From positions 160,001 through 224,000 of the forward strand of contig CAXXET010000008.1 of the NCBI GenBank assembly GCA_963666115.2: 64,000 nt of DNA. The letters are read 5' to 3'. The notes under the pieces were generated by a model. The model made no database searches, was not told where the DNA came from, and worked only from the letters and a program-made list of their open reading frames with translations. Source of the DNA: Dehalococcoidia bacterium. Lineage in GTDB: Bacteria > Chloroflexota > Dehalococcoidia > UBA6926. The translations under genes were made by a program, and so were the position numbers. Shown in pieces: positions 1-9,015 of the stretch; the first letter of the stretch is position 1, and every line of letters begins with the position of its first letter.

Positions 1-519
1 CCCGCCAATTTCATGCTCGTGGGCGCGATGAATCCGTGCCCGTGCGGTTTCTACGGGGACGTGGTGAAGGCGTGCTCCTGCTCGCCGGCTGCAATCGACC
101 GCTACCAGCGCAGGATCAGCGGGCCGCTGCTGGACCGCATCGACATCTTCGTGGACGTGCCGCGCGTGGAGTACGAGAAGCTGACGGACGAGCGGAAGGG
201 CGAGACGTCGGCGGTCGTCAGGAACCGCGTGGAGGAGGCGCGCACGAGGCAGCGGGCGCGATTCGGCAATTCGCCGGGCGTGCTGACGAATGCCGACATG
301 GGGCCGGTGCAGGTGCGGGAGTTCTGCGGGCTGGACGACGCCTCGCACGGGCTTCTGCGGGCGGCGATGCAGCAGCTTCACCTGAGCGCCCGGGGGTTCC
401 ACCGGATTCTCAAGCTGGCTCGGACGATTGCGGACCTGGCGGAAGAGCCGACCATTACGTCGCGCCACCTGAGTGAGGCGCTCCAGTACAGGCCACGCGA
501 GTTGGGAGCGGCGGCGTAA
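1..519 (+). CDS. comM: YifB/ComM-family Mg-chelatase-like AAA+ ATPase, C-terminal part (5' truncated by window)
   Basis: F-x-LVGAMNPCPCG Zn motif, ISGPLLDRID, LSARGFHRILKLARTIADL and EALQYR are typical of the ComM/YifB C-terminus. Confidence 0.9.
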   Translation, partial: PANFMLVGAMNPCPCGFYGDVVKACSCSPAAIDRYQRRISGPLLDRIDIFVDVPRVEYEKLTDERKGETSAVVRNRVEEARTRQRARFGNSPGVLTNADMGPVQVREFCGLDDASHGLLRAAMQQLHLSARGFHRILKLARTIADLAEEPTITSRHLSEALQYRPRELGAAA

Positions 520-526
520 CGCCCCC

Positions 527-612
527 TCCGTCATTCCCGCCCCCTCTCCGTCATTCCCGCGAAAGCGGGAATCCAGAATCCCTTCCCCCTTGATGGGGGA
601 AGGTCAGGGTGA
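527..612. repeat. REP-like cluster: CCGTCATTCCCGCGAAAGCGGGAATCC palindrome with a duplicated left arm, plus a CCCTTCCCCCTTGATGGGGGAAGG hairpin
   Basis: Palindromes between convergent genes; the same families recur across the window. Confidence 0.85.
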
Positions 613-1869
613 CAGGGTGACGCGGATGGGGTGCGGCAACGGCTGGTTGAAGAGGTAGCCCTTCTCGTTGAAGGGGACGTGATCGGGCTGTGTGTTGCCG
701 GCAGAGTCGGTCGCGCGCGTCATGATGGTGTGGTTGCCTGTTTCAGCGTCCCACGTGAAGGCGAACTGTACCCATGAGTGGTCGGGCTGGGGTGTGGTGA
801 GTTCTGCGTTGCGCCAGATTCGACCGCCGTCGGCGCTCCATTCGACACGGAAGATGGGGCCGGCGGGTGATTGGGCGTAGCCGTGGATGCGGCGGGGGCC
901 GGGGGCAATCGTCGCGGGCCAGGGGAGCGCCAGCGCGCTCTTGATGGCCTGCGCCGTCACCGGCTTGCCGCGCGCTTCGCCCTCCGGCGGGTAGTCTTCT
1001 CCAATGAGCACGTAGGACGTCGTGTTGTTGCGCGTCCACAGCCGTTCCGACGACACGACGATGCGGCCAAGCCACTTGATGTGGGAGCTGCCCACCCAGC
1101 CCGGCACGACGGCGCGGAGGGGGAAGCCGTGGTCTTTCGGCAGCGGTTCGCCGTTCAGCGAGTAGGCCAGCAGGGTGTCGTCGTCCATCGCCTTGTCGAC
1201 GGGCAGCACGTAGCGAAAACCGTTCTCAGGGGCATCGGCGTCCAGGCCAATGAGCAGCACGCTGACCGCGGCATCGGTGATGCCCGCGAGCGTCAACACG
1301 TCGCGCAGCGCCACACCCGTCCATTCGCCGTTGCCGATCGCGCCTCTCTCCCACTGCGTTCCCTTCGCCTGCCGCCCGTGGAGCAGGCCGAACATGGCGC
1401 GGTGATTTCCGGCGCACTCCAGGTAGGAGATCAGCGCGCGGCTCGGCAGGCGTCGCAGCTCGTCGAATGAGAGCTGCACCGGCTCGGTTATCGCGTCGCC
1501 CTCGATGGAGAGACGCCAGCCGGACACGTCGATCTCGGGTGTCGCGCCGTTGTTGCGGACGAAGAACAGCTCGTTGGGCGTGATCAGCCCCTTCATGTGT
1601 TCCAGCCGGGCCTCCAGGCCGATGTCATCGCGCCGGATGAAGGGGCGGGGGTCCTTGAATAGCAGCCGCTGCCGCGTGGGGGTGAGCGCCGGATCAGCCG
1701 AATCCCCGTTGAACAGGCTGCCGGAGCAGGCGGCGATGACCATCGCCGCGCCGCCCATGACCAGGAGGCGCAGGAATTCGCGGCGTCCCATCCCGTTCGC
1801 GCTGGCGTACTGCCACAGCGACTCATCGGTGGGGGTCGTCGGGGCTTGTCCCGTGTCCTGGTTCGTCAT
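604..1869 (-). CDS. Sulfite oxidase-family molybdopterin oxidoreductase with Tat signal and lipobox
   Basis: GRREFL twin-arginine motif, IAAC lipobox, LFFVRN, LECAGN (Mo-ligand Cys), HGFPLR, KWL and a C-terminal dimerisation domain; true start taken at ATG 1869. Confidence 0.88.
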   Translation of the reverse strand: MTNQDTGQAPTTPTDESLWQYASANGMGRREFLRLLVMGGAAMVIAACSGSLFNGDSADPALTPTRQRLLFKDPRPFIRRDDIGLEARLEHMKGLITPNELFFVRNNGATPEIDVSGWRLSIEGDAITEPVQLSFDELRRLPSRALISYLECAGNHRAMFGLLHGRQAKGTQWERGAIGNGEWTGVALRDVLTLAGITDAAVSVLLIGLDADAPENGFRYVLPVDKAMDDDTLLAYSLNGEPLPKDHGFPLRAVVPGWVGSSHIKWLGRIVVSSERLWTRNNTTSYVLIGEDYPPEGEARGKPVTAQAIKSALALPWPATIAPGPRRIHGYAQSPAGPIFRVEWSADGGRIWRNAELTTPQPDHSWVQFAFTWDAETGNHTIMTRATDSAGNTQPDHVPFNEKGYLFNQPLPHPIRVTLSP

Positions 1870-1941
1870 AAGGTAAACTCTACAGTAGAGCCGCAGGGAA
1901 TTATCGGCGGCGCGTTGCACACAGACAAGGCTGAAACAACC

Positions 1942-2634
1942 ATGACAAGCGCAAACGGAACGACGTTGACCCTCGAAGGCGAACGGCGCGAGGCGCTGGG
2001 CCGCCACGTGAAGGCGCTCCGGCGCGGCGGCATCACGCCCGCCAACCTCTATGGCCGGGGGGCGGAGTCCGTCAGCTTCCAGGCCGAGACGCGGGCGCTG
2101 GACAGGCTGGTCACGGACGGGGGGCGCGGGTCGCTCGTCGAGTTGACCATCGACGGGGAGACGCACCAGACGCTGCTGCGGAACTTGCAGCGGCACCCGG
2201 TGACGCGGGCGATTTTGCACGCGGATTTCTACATCGTGGAGATGAACCGGCCGGTGCAGACGACGGTTCCGGTTCACCTGGTGGGCGAGGCGCCGGCGGC
2301 GCGGCTGCCGGGGGCGGTCATCACGCACCTGACGCACGAGGTCACCATCGAGTGCCTGCCCGCCAACATTCCCCCGGCGGTGGAACTGGACGTGTCCGCG
2401 CTGGAGGAGCTGGAGACATCGCTGTACGTTGGCAACATCGCCGCGCCGGAGGGCGTGGAGATACTGACGGATTCCGAGACAATCATCGTGCGGGCAACCC
2501 ACTCCCGCGTAGCGGCAACGGTCGAGGCGGACGAGGCGGAGGCCGCGGCGGAGGGTGTCGAGGAGGGGGCTGAGGGGGCGGCGGCGGCGGATGGCGCCGG
2601 TGGTTCGGCGGAGGAGGCTGGGGGCGGGGAGTAG
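1942..2634 (+). CDS. rplY: 50S ribosomal protein L25 / general stress protein Ctc
   Basis: LRRGGITPANLYG, QRHPVTRAILHADFY, VPVHLVGE, IECLPANIP and acidic tail. Confidence 0.95.
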   Translation: MTSANGTTLTLEGERREALGRHVKALRRGGITPANLYGRGAESVSFQAETRALDRLVTDGGRGSLVELTIDGETHQTLLRNLQRHPVTRAILHADFYIVEMNRPVQTTVPVHLVGEAPAARLPGAVITHLTHEVTIECLPANIPPAVELDVSALEELETSLYVGNIAAPEGVEILTDSETIIVRATHSRVAATVEADEAEAAAEGVEEGAEGAAAADGAGGSAEEAGGGE

Positions 2635-2645
2635 GATCCAGATTG

Positions 2646-4100
2646 ATGAGGTTGCTCGCAGCGCTGTTCGCGGCAACGGCGATTGTCCTGATCGGAGCCG
2701 GCGCCTGTACAACGGACAGTTCGCCTTATATCGAACCGTCTGACTCCGATTCATCGTATGTCGAGCCGTCCGACCCTGACTCATCGCCTGACGAGCCCTC
2801 TGACCCTGATTCACTGTCTGACGAGCCCTCCGATTCCGCTCCAGCAGACGCCGGGCCTTCTGACTCCGATTCATTGGGGGATGAGACGGTGGGTGACGAG
2901 ACGGACGGGATCAGCGGCCAGATTGAATTTAGCCAATTGGTGAGGGACGGTACGGTGTGGCCTACGCATGCAGGCTACGAACTACAGCCTGAGGACTTCA
3001 TTGTCATAGACTACGTCGAGATATTCGGAAGATTCAATTACGCCAACTACATCTTTATTGTGTTTGACGCAGACGGCTCAGAGTGCGGCATGTATTTCCG
3101 GGAGGAGGGCAAGTTCCGCGTCGGGGACAACCCTCCCCAACGGTTGGTAATTAGCTGGTTGTACTATAACAGTTACTTTTTGGCCGATACGCCCGGCTAC
3201 GAAGCCGGAGACGTATTCTTGGGCTCATGTAGAGTGCCGAAAGCAGCAATTGTTGGATTTGGGGCGCCGAAATATCTCGCAGATCACGTGAGCGCGGCGT
3301 TGGATTCCTACGAGCGAGCAAGCACGGAGTCGGACCGCGCCCGGGCCACACGAGAATCTAGGGAGGCGCAGCTTGATCGCGTTCTGGCGCGCTACTGCTT
3401 CAATCCTCCGTGCAGGGTCGCCAACTATAGCGGCGATAAACTGCGTGACGTGTATTCAACCGTGGATGCAGTCGACAAGAGGGCGTTTCAGGATTACAAC
3501 GAGGCGGTATATGACCAAGAGATGGCTCGCGATGCCTGGATTGAGGCGAAAGAATATGCCGGGTGCTGGTTACAAAACCTTGCGAGCGCACAGCACATAA
3601 ATCACTTCAACCAAGCTTGCGGGTCGGAAACAGTCGCGGCAACGGCTACAGCTGTCGCGGCAACGGCCATAGCACGGGAGACTGCAACAGCTGTCGCGGA
3701 ACGTGACTTTCCCAACGCCAACTTGGTCACAATTTCGCTGGACGATCGGGGCGGCACGTACGCGTTGACCGCCTACCCCGCGTCAGTTCAAGCAGGAGCA
3801 GTCACCTTTTACGTTGCGAACGATGGCCTAATCGCCCATGAGTTCAAGATCGTGAAACTCAACGATGCAGGCCTGGCGGCGAATCTCTCCGACTTGTCCA
3901 CGGAGGCCGGACTCATCTCGGAGACCGGCAACACGGTCGAGGGCGTCGGAACGATTCTCGGCAGCGTGCTTGAAGCGGATCTGCCAGCCGGTGGCTCTCA
4001 TGAGTTGACTCTGCTACTGGAACCAGGTGAGTACATGCTGCTCTGCAACGTAGCGACCCACTACCAACTGGGCATGTGGAACAGGTTCACTGTCACGTAG
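2646..4100 (+). CDS. Lipoprotein with acidic repeats and a C-terminal cupredoxin (type-1 copper) domain
   Basis: AGAC lipobox; IAHEF ... GEYMLLCNVATHYQLGM supplies His/Cys/His/Met ligands. Confidence 0.7.
   Translation: MRLLAALFAATAIVLIGAGACTTDSSPYIEPSDSDSSYVEPSDPDSSPDEPSDPDSLSDEPSDSAPADAGPSDSDSLGDETVGDETDGISGQIEFSQLVRDGTVWPTHAGYELQPEDFIVIDYVEIFGRFNYANYIFIVFDADGSECGMYFREEGKFRVGDNPPQRLVISWLYYNSYFLADTPGYEAGDVFLGSCRVPKAAIVGFGAPKYLADHVSAALDSYERASTESDRARATRESREAQLDRVLARYCFNPPCRVANYSGDKLRDVYSTVDAVDKRAFQDYNEAVYDQEMARDAWIEAKEYAGCWLQNLASAQHINHFNQACGSETVAATATAVAATAIARETATAVAERDFPNANLVTISLDDRGGTYALTAYPASVQAGAVTFYVANDGLIAHEFKIVKLNDAGLAANLSDLSTEAGLISETGNTVEGVGTILGSVLEADLPAGGSHELTLLLEPGEYMLLCNVATHYQLGMWNRFTVT
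2721..2870 (+). repeat. Five degenerate 30-bp coding tandem repeats (EPSDxDS linker)
   Basis: Units such as tcatcgcctgacgagccctctgaccctgat repeat in frame. Confidence 0.8.
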
Positions 4101-4173
4101 CCCGCCGACAACTGAAGGGAACAAGAGAGGTGAACCATGCTGATCGATACCGAGGCAAAGGGAGGGTAGGCAC

Positions 4174-4533
4174 ATGCCCCTGGATGAGCGGGACTATATG
4201 ACCGGGCGTAGCCGACGGCGCGAGGGCGTCTACCACACGGACAACTACTACGACCCTAGCACTGCGAAGCGGCGCAGAGTACCCCGGGCGCTAGTCCTGC
4301 CTGTACTGGCTCTCATTGTTGGCGCGCTGATTGCGGCTACTGCGTTCACCAGTTACGGGCAAGATGCGTATGGGGAAGCATCCTACTTCGTTCAGGAACG
4401 CTGGCTGGATATTCGCTGGCAGATTGAGGCTGCTAAAGATGTCGGGATTAGCCGTCAAGAAGCATTGGAGCTTGACCGGGCCGGGGTGATCAGAATCGCC
4501 GATGAGTTCAGGGACACACGAGGGCGTGGGTAA
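4174..4533 (+). CDS. Hypothetical single-TM protein
   Basis: GGAGGG RBS; MPLDERDYM N-terminus and one hydrophobic helix. Confidence 0.6.
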   Translation: MPLDERDYMTGRSRRREGVYHTDNYYDPSTAKRRRVPRALVLPVLALIVGALIAATAFTSYGQDAYGEASYFVQERWLDIRWQIEAAKDVGISRQEALELDRAGVIRIADEFRDTRGRG

Positions 4534-4638
4534 CGTCGTATGTGATTCCCCGACTGGATATCCGGCGTCGCTGTCCCAGCTACAGCGGTGCAATCTCCAC
4601 TATCCACTGGCGTTCGGAACGCACGAGGAGGTGCGAGA

Positions 4639-5664
4639 ATGACTCCAGAAAGACTGAAGCTGGCAGGCTTGATAATCGTGACCCTCTATCTGGCCGTGGG
4701 TCCCGTGCTCTTCCTGTGGGAAGATTACCTACAGGATGTTGATGCTGGTGAAGGAGTGACCCAATGGGTTTTCTGGTGGGCGCTGCCTGTGCTCGCCGCG
4801 CTACCCGTGATCGCCTCAATTTTTGTGCGGTCACCCGAGTCGAGCATTCACCCCAACTTGTTCCGCGGGTTAGTCTTCGGCGTTGCCGCGCTCTGGACTC
4901 TCCTCGCCGGATGGATTCTATGGGTCCCCTACGTGCTCGCGCCGGAGCTTGGCGACAGCGTGTATCGCTGGTGGACCGCTGTGGTGATCCTTTTGATCAG
5001 CGTAGCATCCGTCATACCTTACGTGCCATTCCGCTCAGCCAAAGAAGACGTATCAGAGTCGAGGCGCCAGGTCCACTGGAAGAGCACTGCGCTCAATCTG
5101 GCAGCATGTGGACTGATGTTGGCTGCGCTCGCTGTAGCGTTATGGGTAACTACCGTCGATGCAGTAGACATAGATGATCCAGTCTATCTCTGGGCGGTGC
5201 TACTCTCCGCCGCCAGCCTGACGTGTTGGGCAGTCCTGCACTGGAAGCGCACAGTGGTCGGCGCATTCATAGCCTTATACGCAGGCATCGTGCTCGCGCT
5301 GGCCGTGGATGCCCTGGAGGGCAGTCCGGGTTGGCGCTTCTGGGCACTGATTGCTGTTTTCGTGGGGGTGATATGGGCATCATGGTTCTTGCTGGATAAT
5401 CGGTTTGTGCAGCACGTGAAGAGGATCGTAACGATAGGACTAGTGGTCCTTGTGTTCGCCTCCGGCGTTGCTCTCTTTGGGATAGTCCTCTTCAGCGGAG
5501 TACTCGAGCATGAACGTGGTCTAGTGACGGACATCCTCGCAAAGCTGCTCAACTTCCTCGTTAAGATTGGATTGCCGGCAGCAGGCATGGTGGGCGGAAT
5601 TGAGATTGCGCAAAAATTGAGCGGCTGGTTGGGTCTTGGCGATGCGCCCAACGTCACTAGGTAA
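4639..5664 (+). CDS. Hypothetical polytopic membrane protein
   Basis: GAGGAG RBS before ATG 4639; about 10 hydrophobic helices; lower GC than core genes. Confidence 0.7.
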   Translation: MTPERLKLAGLIIVTLYLAVGPVLFLWEDYLQDVDAGEGVTQWVFWWALPVLAALPVIASIFVRSPESSIHPNLFRGLVFGVAALWTLLAGWILWVPYVLAPELGDSVYRWWTAVVILLISVASVIPYVPFRSAKEDVSESRRQVHWKSTALNLAACGLMLAALAVALWVTTVDAVDIDDPVYLWAVLLSAASLTCWAVLHWKRTVVGAFIALYAGIVLALAVDALEGSPGWRFWALIAVFVGVIWASWFLLDNRFVQHVKRIVTIGLVVLVFASGVALFGIVLFSGVLEHERGLVTDILAKLLNFLVKIGLPAAGMVGGIEIAQKLSGWLGLGDAPNVTR

Positions 5665-5725
5665 GGACAGGACTGCCTACAAACTTGCTGCCCGTTTTAG
5701 GGCTCACTGCGCTCTGTCCTCGCTC

Positions 5726-5945
5726 CCCTCACCCTAGCCCTCTCCCTCAGGGAGAGGGGATTTTGTGGTGGGCCTGGTGGCGGCGTGGGCCCCCGCCTGC
5801 GCGGGGGATGCGGTAGGGGGCGGGGGGTTGTCTGGTTGGCTTCACGAGGGTTGGCTGCATCCCGTGTCCTGGATTCCCGTTTTCACGGGAAAAAGAGGGG
5901 GTGCGGGTCTTTGGTTGGGTTCACCCTTCGACTGGGCTCAGGGCG
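5726..5945. repeat. Cluster of REP-like palindromes (CCCTCACCCTAGCCCTCTCCC..GGGAGAGGG; CCCCCGCCTGCGCGGGG; GGATTCCCGTTTTCACGGGAA; CCCTTCGACTGGGCTCAGGG)
   Basis: Related copies at 22588, 48121, 58529, 58565 and 6984. Confidence 0.75.
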
Positions 5946-5976
5946 GGCGGGGTTGGCTCAGGGTGGATGCGGCTGA

Positions 5977-6189
5977 TTAGGTGGCGGGTGCTGGGAGGGG
6001 CAGTGATTCGGCTTCCAGCGTGGACAGGTCCAGGCGTCGGGATGCCTGATCGATGTCGAAGCCAACGACGTTGCCGTTCGCGTCCAGATCAACGTTGAGT
6101 CCCTCGGTGACCTCAATCGTTTCGGCGCCGGGCTGGGCTGTGAACTCGACATAGAGGCTATCGGTCTCAGGATAGTAGTGCAGCTTCAT
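5977..6189 (-). CDS. DUF2283-family small protein (putative antitoxin)
   Basis: MKLHYYPETDSLYVEF ... VDLDANGNVVGFDI signature. Confidence 0.85.
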   Translation of the reverse strand: MKLHYYPETDSLYVEFTAQPGAETIEVTEGLNVDLDANGNVVGFDIDQASRRLDLSTLEAESLPLPAPAT

Positions 6190-6191
6190 CG

Positions 6192-6440
6192 TTATTTCTC
6201 CACTCGGAACCGTCGATCAAAGAACGCGTTGTGGATCGTCTCTCCATCCTCCAGTGTAACGACTCGAAGAAAGCGGGGCGCTGTCTCACCAGGCACGTTG
6301 ATCGCTCCCCAGAATCGCACACGCCCGTCCGCCTGCCTCTCCTGACGCATCGGGGAAGCAATGACTTGAGCGCACCACGCCAATTCGATATAGGGACGCT
6401 TTCGCAGCACTTGCTCATCGAAATAGCGTGTGGTCTTCAA
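6192..6440 (-). CDS. Putative toxin (DUF4258/BrnT-like fold) paired with DUF2283
   Basis: DGRVRFW ... LRVVTLEDGETIHNAFFDR; 2-bp gap to the DUF2283 gene. Confidence 0.7.
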   Translation of the reverse strand: MKTTRYFDEQVLRKRPYIELAWCAQVIASPMRQERQADGRVRFWGAINVPGETAPRFLRVVTLEDGETIHNAFFDRRFRVEK

Positions 6441-6538
6441 CTGCCCTCCTGCTCCATGAGGGCAGTATAGTCCCCGCGTGGGGGGGCGTGGGATTCAGAG
6501 GAGGGGGCTCTTCAACGGGCGTGCAGCCGCTTCTCAGG

Positions 6539-6559
6539 TTGTACGGTTTACCGTACAAT
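6539..6559 (+). promoter_or_regulatory. Perfect 9-bp inverted-repeat operator TTGTACGGT-TT-ACCGTACAA overlapping -10 TACAAT of the addiction module
   Basis: Palindrome read directly; -10 box lies 6 nt before ATG 6566. Confidence 0.7.
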
Positions 6560-6565
6560 GGGCTC

Positions 6566-6682
6566 ATGTTCACGATTATACGCAGCGCGACGTTTGATCG
6601 GTGGCTGCGCGGGCTGCGAGATCGGCGGGCTGTGAGCCGCATCGTGGCCGGGGTGCTAGCAGCGGGAGGGGATGATGCCTGA
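6566..6682 (+). pseudogene. Truncated RelE/HigB-like addiction-module killer protein
   Basis: MFTIIRSATFDRWLRGLRDRRAVSRI N-terminus joined directly to LAAGGD; the middle of the domain is deleted. Confidence 0.75.
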
Positions 6683-7004
6683 GGAGTATCGGAGATTTGA
6701 TGCGGCGGATTATGTGCGAACCGGGGGGGACGCGCAGGAACTTCTCAGGGCTGCCGTCGATGAGGACCCTGGGGACGGGATTGTGATTCGCGCTGCCCTG
6801 AGGCACGTCGCGCAAACAAGGAACATGAGCGCCCTCGCCCGCGCCACCGGGCTGAACCGGGTCAACCTCTATGAGGCGCTGTCTGAAGACGGCAACCCGA
6901 CCCTGACAACGCTGCTCAGGATCACCCGCGCCCTGGGCTTGAGGCTGCGCCTTGAGCCGGTGGAGAGTTCTGCGGAGGGCGGCCCTTCGACAGGCTCAGG
7001 GTGA
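6672..7004 (+). CDS. Addiction-module antidote protein (HI1420/HigA-like HTH)
   Basis: FDAADY ... MSALARATGLNRVNLYEALSEDGNPTLTT. Confidence 0.9.
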   Translation: MMPEEYRRFDAADYVRTGGDAQELLRAAVDEDPGDGIVIRAALRHVAQTRNMSALARATGLNRVNLYEALSEDGNPTLTTLLRITRALGLRLRLEPVESSAEGGPSTGSG

Positions 7005-7024
7005 CAGAGGGGGAGGACTGTACC

Positions 7025-7480
7025 GGCCGCCGCCAGAGACCTTTGGAGCGAGATGAACGAGGATTGGGATGCCTTTGTGGAAGAATCTACGCTTGCCCGG
7101 CAGAGTCACGGGTTGGGCAAGACTTCTTCCGCACCGCCGTCATGACTGCGTACAACTACAGATGCTGCATCTCCGGACTGGGAGAAACGGAACTGCTTGT
7201 TGCAAGCCACATTGTGCCTTGGAGTGGAGGGTCGACGAGAAGAACAGGGTGAATCCTCGCAACGGCCTCTTGCTTTCGGTCTTGCATGACAAGGCTTTTG
7301 ACCGCGGCTTCATCACTTTGGGCGACGATCTCGTGGTTCATGTGTCACGCAATAGTCTGCCGAGAGATGACCGGTTCTTCTCGCAGACGGTCGCCGCCTA
7401 CGATGGGCAGCCAATCGCCCCGCCTGAGAAGCTGCGGCCCGCCCCAGAGTTCCTCGCCTATCACCGGGAGCATACATTCC
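7025..7480 (+). pseudogene. HNH endonuclease remnant (restriction-type), truncated and frameshifted
   Basis: RVGQDFFR..AY..RCCISG..LLVASHIVPW continues as NPRNGLLLSVLHDKAFDRG in another frame; a 5-bp TGGAG duplication near 7220 explains the shift. Confidence 0.8.
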
Positions 7481-7580
7481 CGCCCCCCCGTCCGTCATTC
7501 CCGCCCCCCTCCGTCATTCCCTCCCCCCGTCCGTCATTCCCTCCCCCCGTCCGTCATTCCCGCGCACGCGGGAATCCACA
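7478..7580. repeat. Tandemly reiterated left arms CCGTCATTCCC ending in the full REP CCGTCATTCCCGCGCACGCGGGAATCC
   Basis: Four ~20-bp units read directly. Confidence 0.85.
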
Positions 7581-7624
7581 ACACAGTGCGCAACCCACTC
7601 CGTAACGCCGCCCAACCCAAATGC

Positions 7625-7755
7625 CATGCCATTCTGAGCAACCCCATGTCACCCTGAGCAACCCCATGTCACCCTGAGCGACCCCATGTCATTCTGAGCG
7701 ACCCCATGTCATTCTGAGCGCAGCGAAGAATCCAAAGCCTCAATTGTGCAACCGC
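7625..7755. repeat. 20-bp tandem repeat (ACCCCATGTCAYYCTGAGCR) ending in the REP GTCATTCTGAGCGCAGCGAAGAATCC
   Basis: About five contiguous units with no unique spacers. Confidence 0.85.
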
Positions 7756-7783
7756 CCCCACCCCGTGACGTTGCTGACCGTCC

Positions 7784-8339
7784 CTAATTGAGCCGCCGAA
7801 GCAGCGGCAGCGCCTCCCCCAATCGGCTGCCGGAATTCCCCAGGCAGGCGAGCGCGACCTCAACAGCCGTGCTGTCGATGACGAACCGGGCGACATCATA
7901 GCGTTCGCCCGGTCGTTCGTTGCTCAGCAGCTCCACGAAGCGAGTTTTCCCCTCTATCTCGACGTTGTAGCCGGGCTGTGGGGAAAGGCCAATCGGCCCT
8001 GCTGGGCCCGGCCCCAACTCCACAATCATCACTGCGAGGTCCCGTTCCACGAGAGGAGTTGCGAGAGGGCCGCTGGGGACGCTCTCAAGGGTTCTGCTCG
8101 TGACGAGAGCCTTCATAGGTTCACCTTCCAGCCACCGATACTTGACCCGGACTGTATGGACCGGGCCCCGCCCCTTGCCCTCGCCCCACGAATCGAGGAC
8201 CGCGAGATCCGGCCCCAACGTCCAACCCGAACGCGACCATTGCCGCCTCCTGAACGATAGTCTCGAGCGGCCTCGCGGGTACCGGTAACTCCCGGTTCAG
8301 AGAGTCACTTTTTCCGATGAAGAGAACGCGGCGCGCCAT
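7784..8339 (-). pseudogene. Hypothetical protein, probably one gene split by a frameshift near 8215
   Basis: ORFs 8121-8339 and 7784-8218 join if one G is removed from GTTGGGGCCG. Confidence 0.4.
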
Positions 8340-8345
8340 GATTAT

Positions 8346-8822
8346 CTAGCACCAGAATGGTCCGGACGCCGAATCGTCATAGTCTGACTGACCCTGATTC
8401 CGAACTATATGAGTGCCTTCGACTCGGAAGTAGCCCGGGTTCACACATTCGTATACACCGGATGCCTTACATCCATAAGTGTTGGAGCAGAACTTCGTCG
8501 GAATTTTCACGGAGTGCCAGCCGAGGGTTTCAGAGTACTTCTGAAGGTCAGCCGCTACCGTGTGGTGATCAATCGGGGCAGTGCAGGATTGGGCACTCTC
8601 AAACCAGATCGAGCGACCGTGTACATTGTGCGAGGACCAACCCCAGCAGATGATCACTTCGTCCGACTGTGTGTACGCTTCGGCTTCCGAGGCGAAGCTC
8701 ACCGCCGGAGGCGTGCTCGACCCAACGACATCGTCCGCTTTGGCAGAAGCAACCCCCGGCGCCAAGGCCAACACCATAAGCGCAATTACCAACGCCTGAA
8801 CCGCGTGCTTCACTCTTAGCAT
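8346..8822 (-). CDS. Secreted Cys-rich hypothetical protein
   Basis: Signal peptide ending in ASA; six Cys in the mature part. Confidence 0.6.
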   Translation of the reverse strand: MLRVKHAVQALVIALMVLALAPGVASAKADDVVGSSTPPAVSFASEAEAYTQSDEVIICWGWSSHNVHGRSIWFESAQSCTAPIDHHTVAADLQKYSETLGWHSVKIPTKFCSNTYGCKASGVYECVNPGYFRVEGTHIVRNQGQSDYDDSASGPFWC

Positions 8823-9015
8823 TGTTCCACTCCCTGCGAGCGTTAGTGGCCAGACCACCCAAAGTGTACACGTGACGCGTGAAATTGCCACCCCTCTTGC
8901 CAACGTGGCAGAAGTGACTGCTTGACCCCGAATCCCCCCCCCGCCGCTTGCGCCGCATCGCCGTCCTGTATGACACTAATCCTGAAACAACACACACGGT
9001 GGGGGGCATAGCCGG

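Noticed and set aside
2721-2870. 30-bp periodic repeat as CRISPR or ncRNA array
   Set aside because: It is an in-frame, degenerate coding repeat of a protein linker.
604-2874. 756-aa ORF as a single protein
   Set aside because: The N-terminal third is the antisense shadow of rplY; the real gene starts at ATG 1869 with a Tat signal.
6539-6559. Palindrome as a dif site at the skew switch
   Set aside because: It lacks the XerD-arm TTATGTTAAA-like sequence and 6-bp spacer; its position over the TA -10 box fits an autorepression operator.
7625-7735. Possible CRISPR array
   Set aside because: The 20-bp units are contiguous with no unique spacers, derive from a REP arm, and there are no cas genes.
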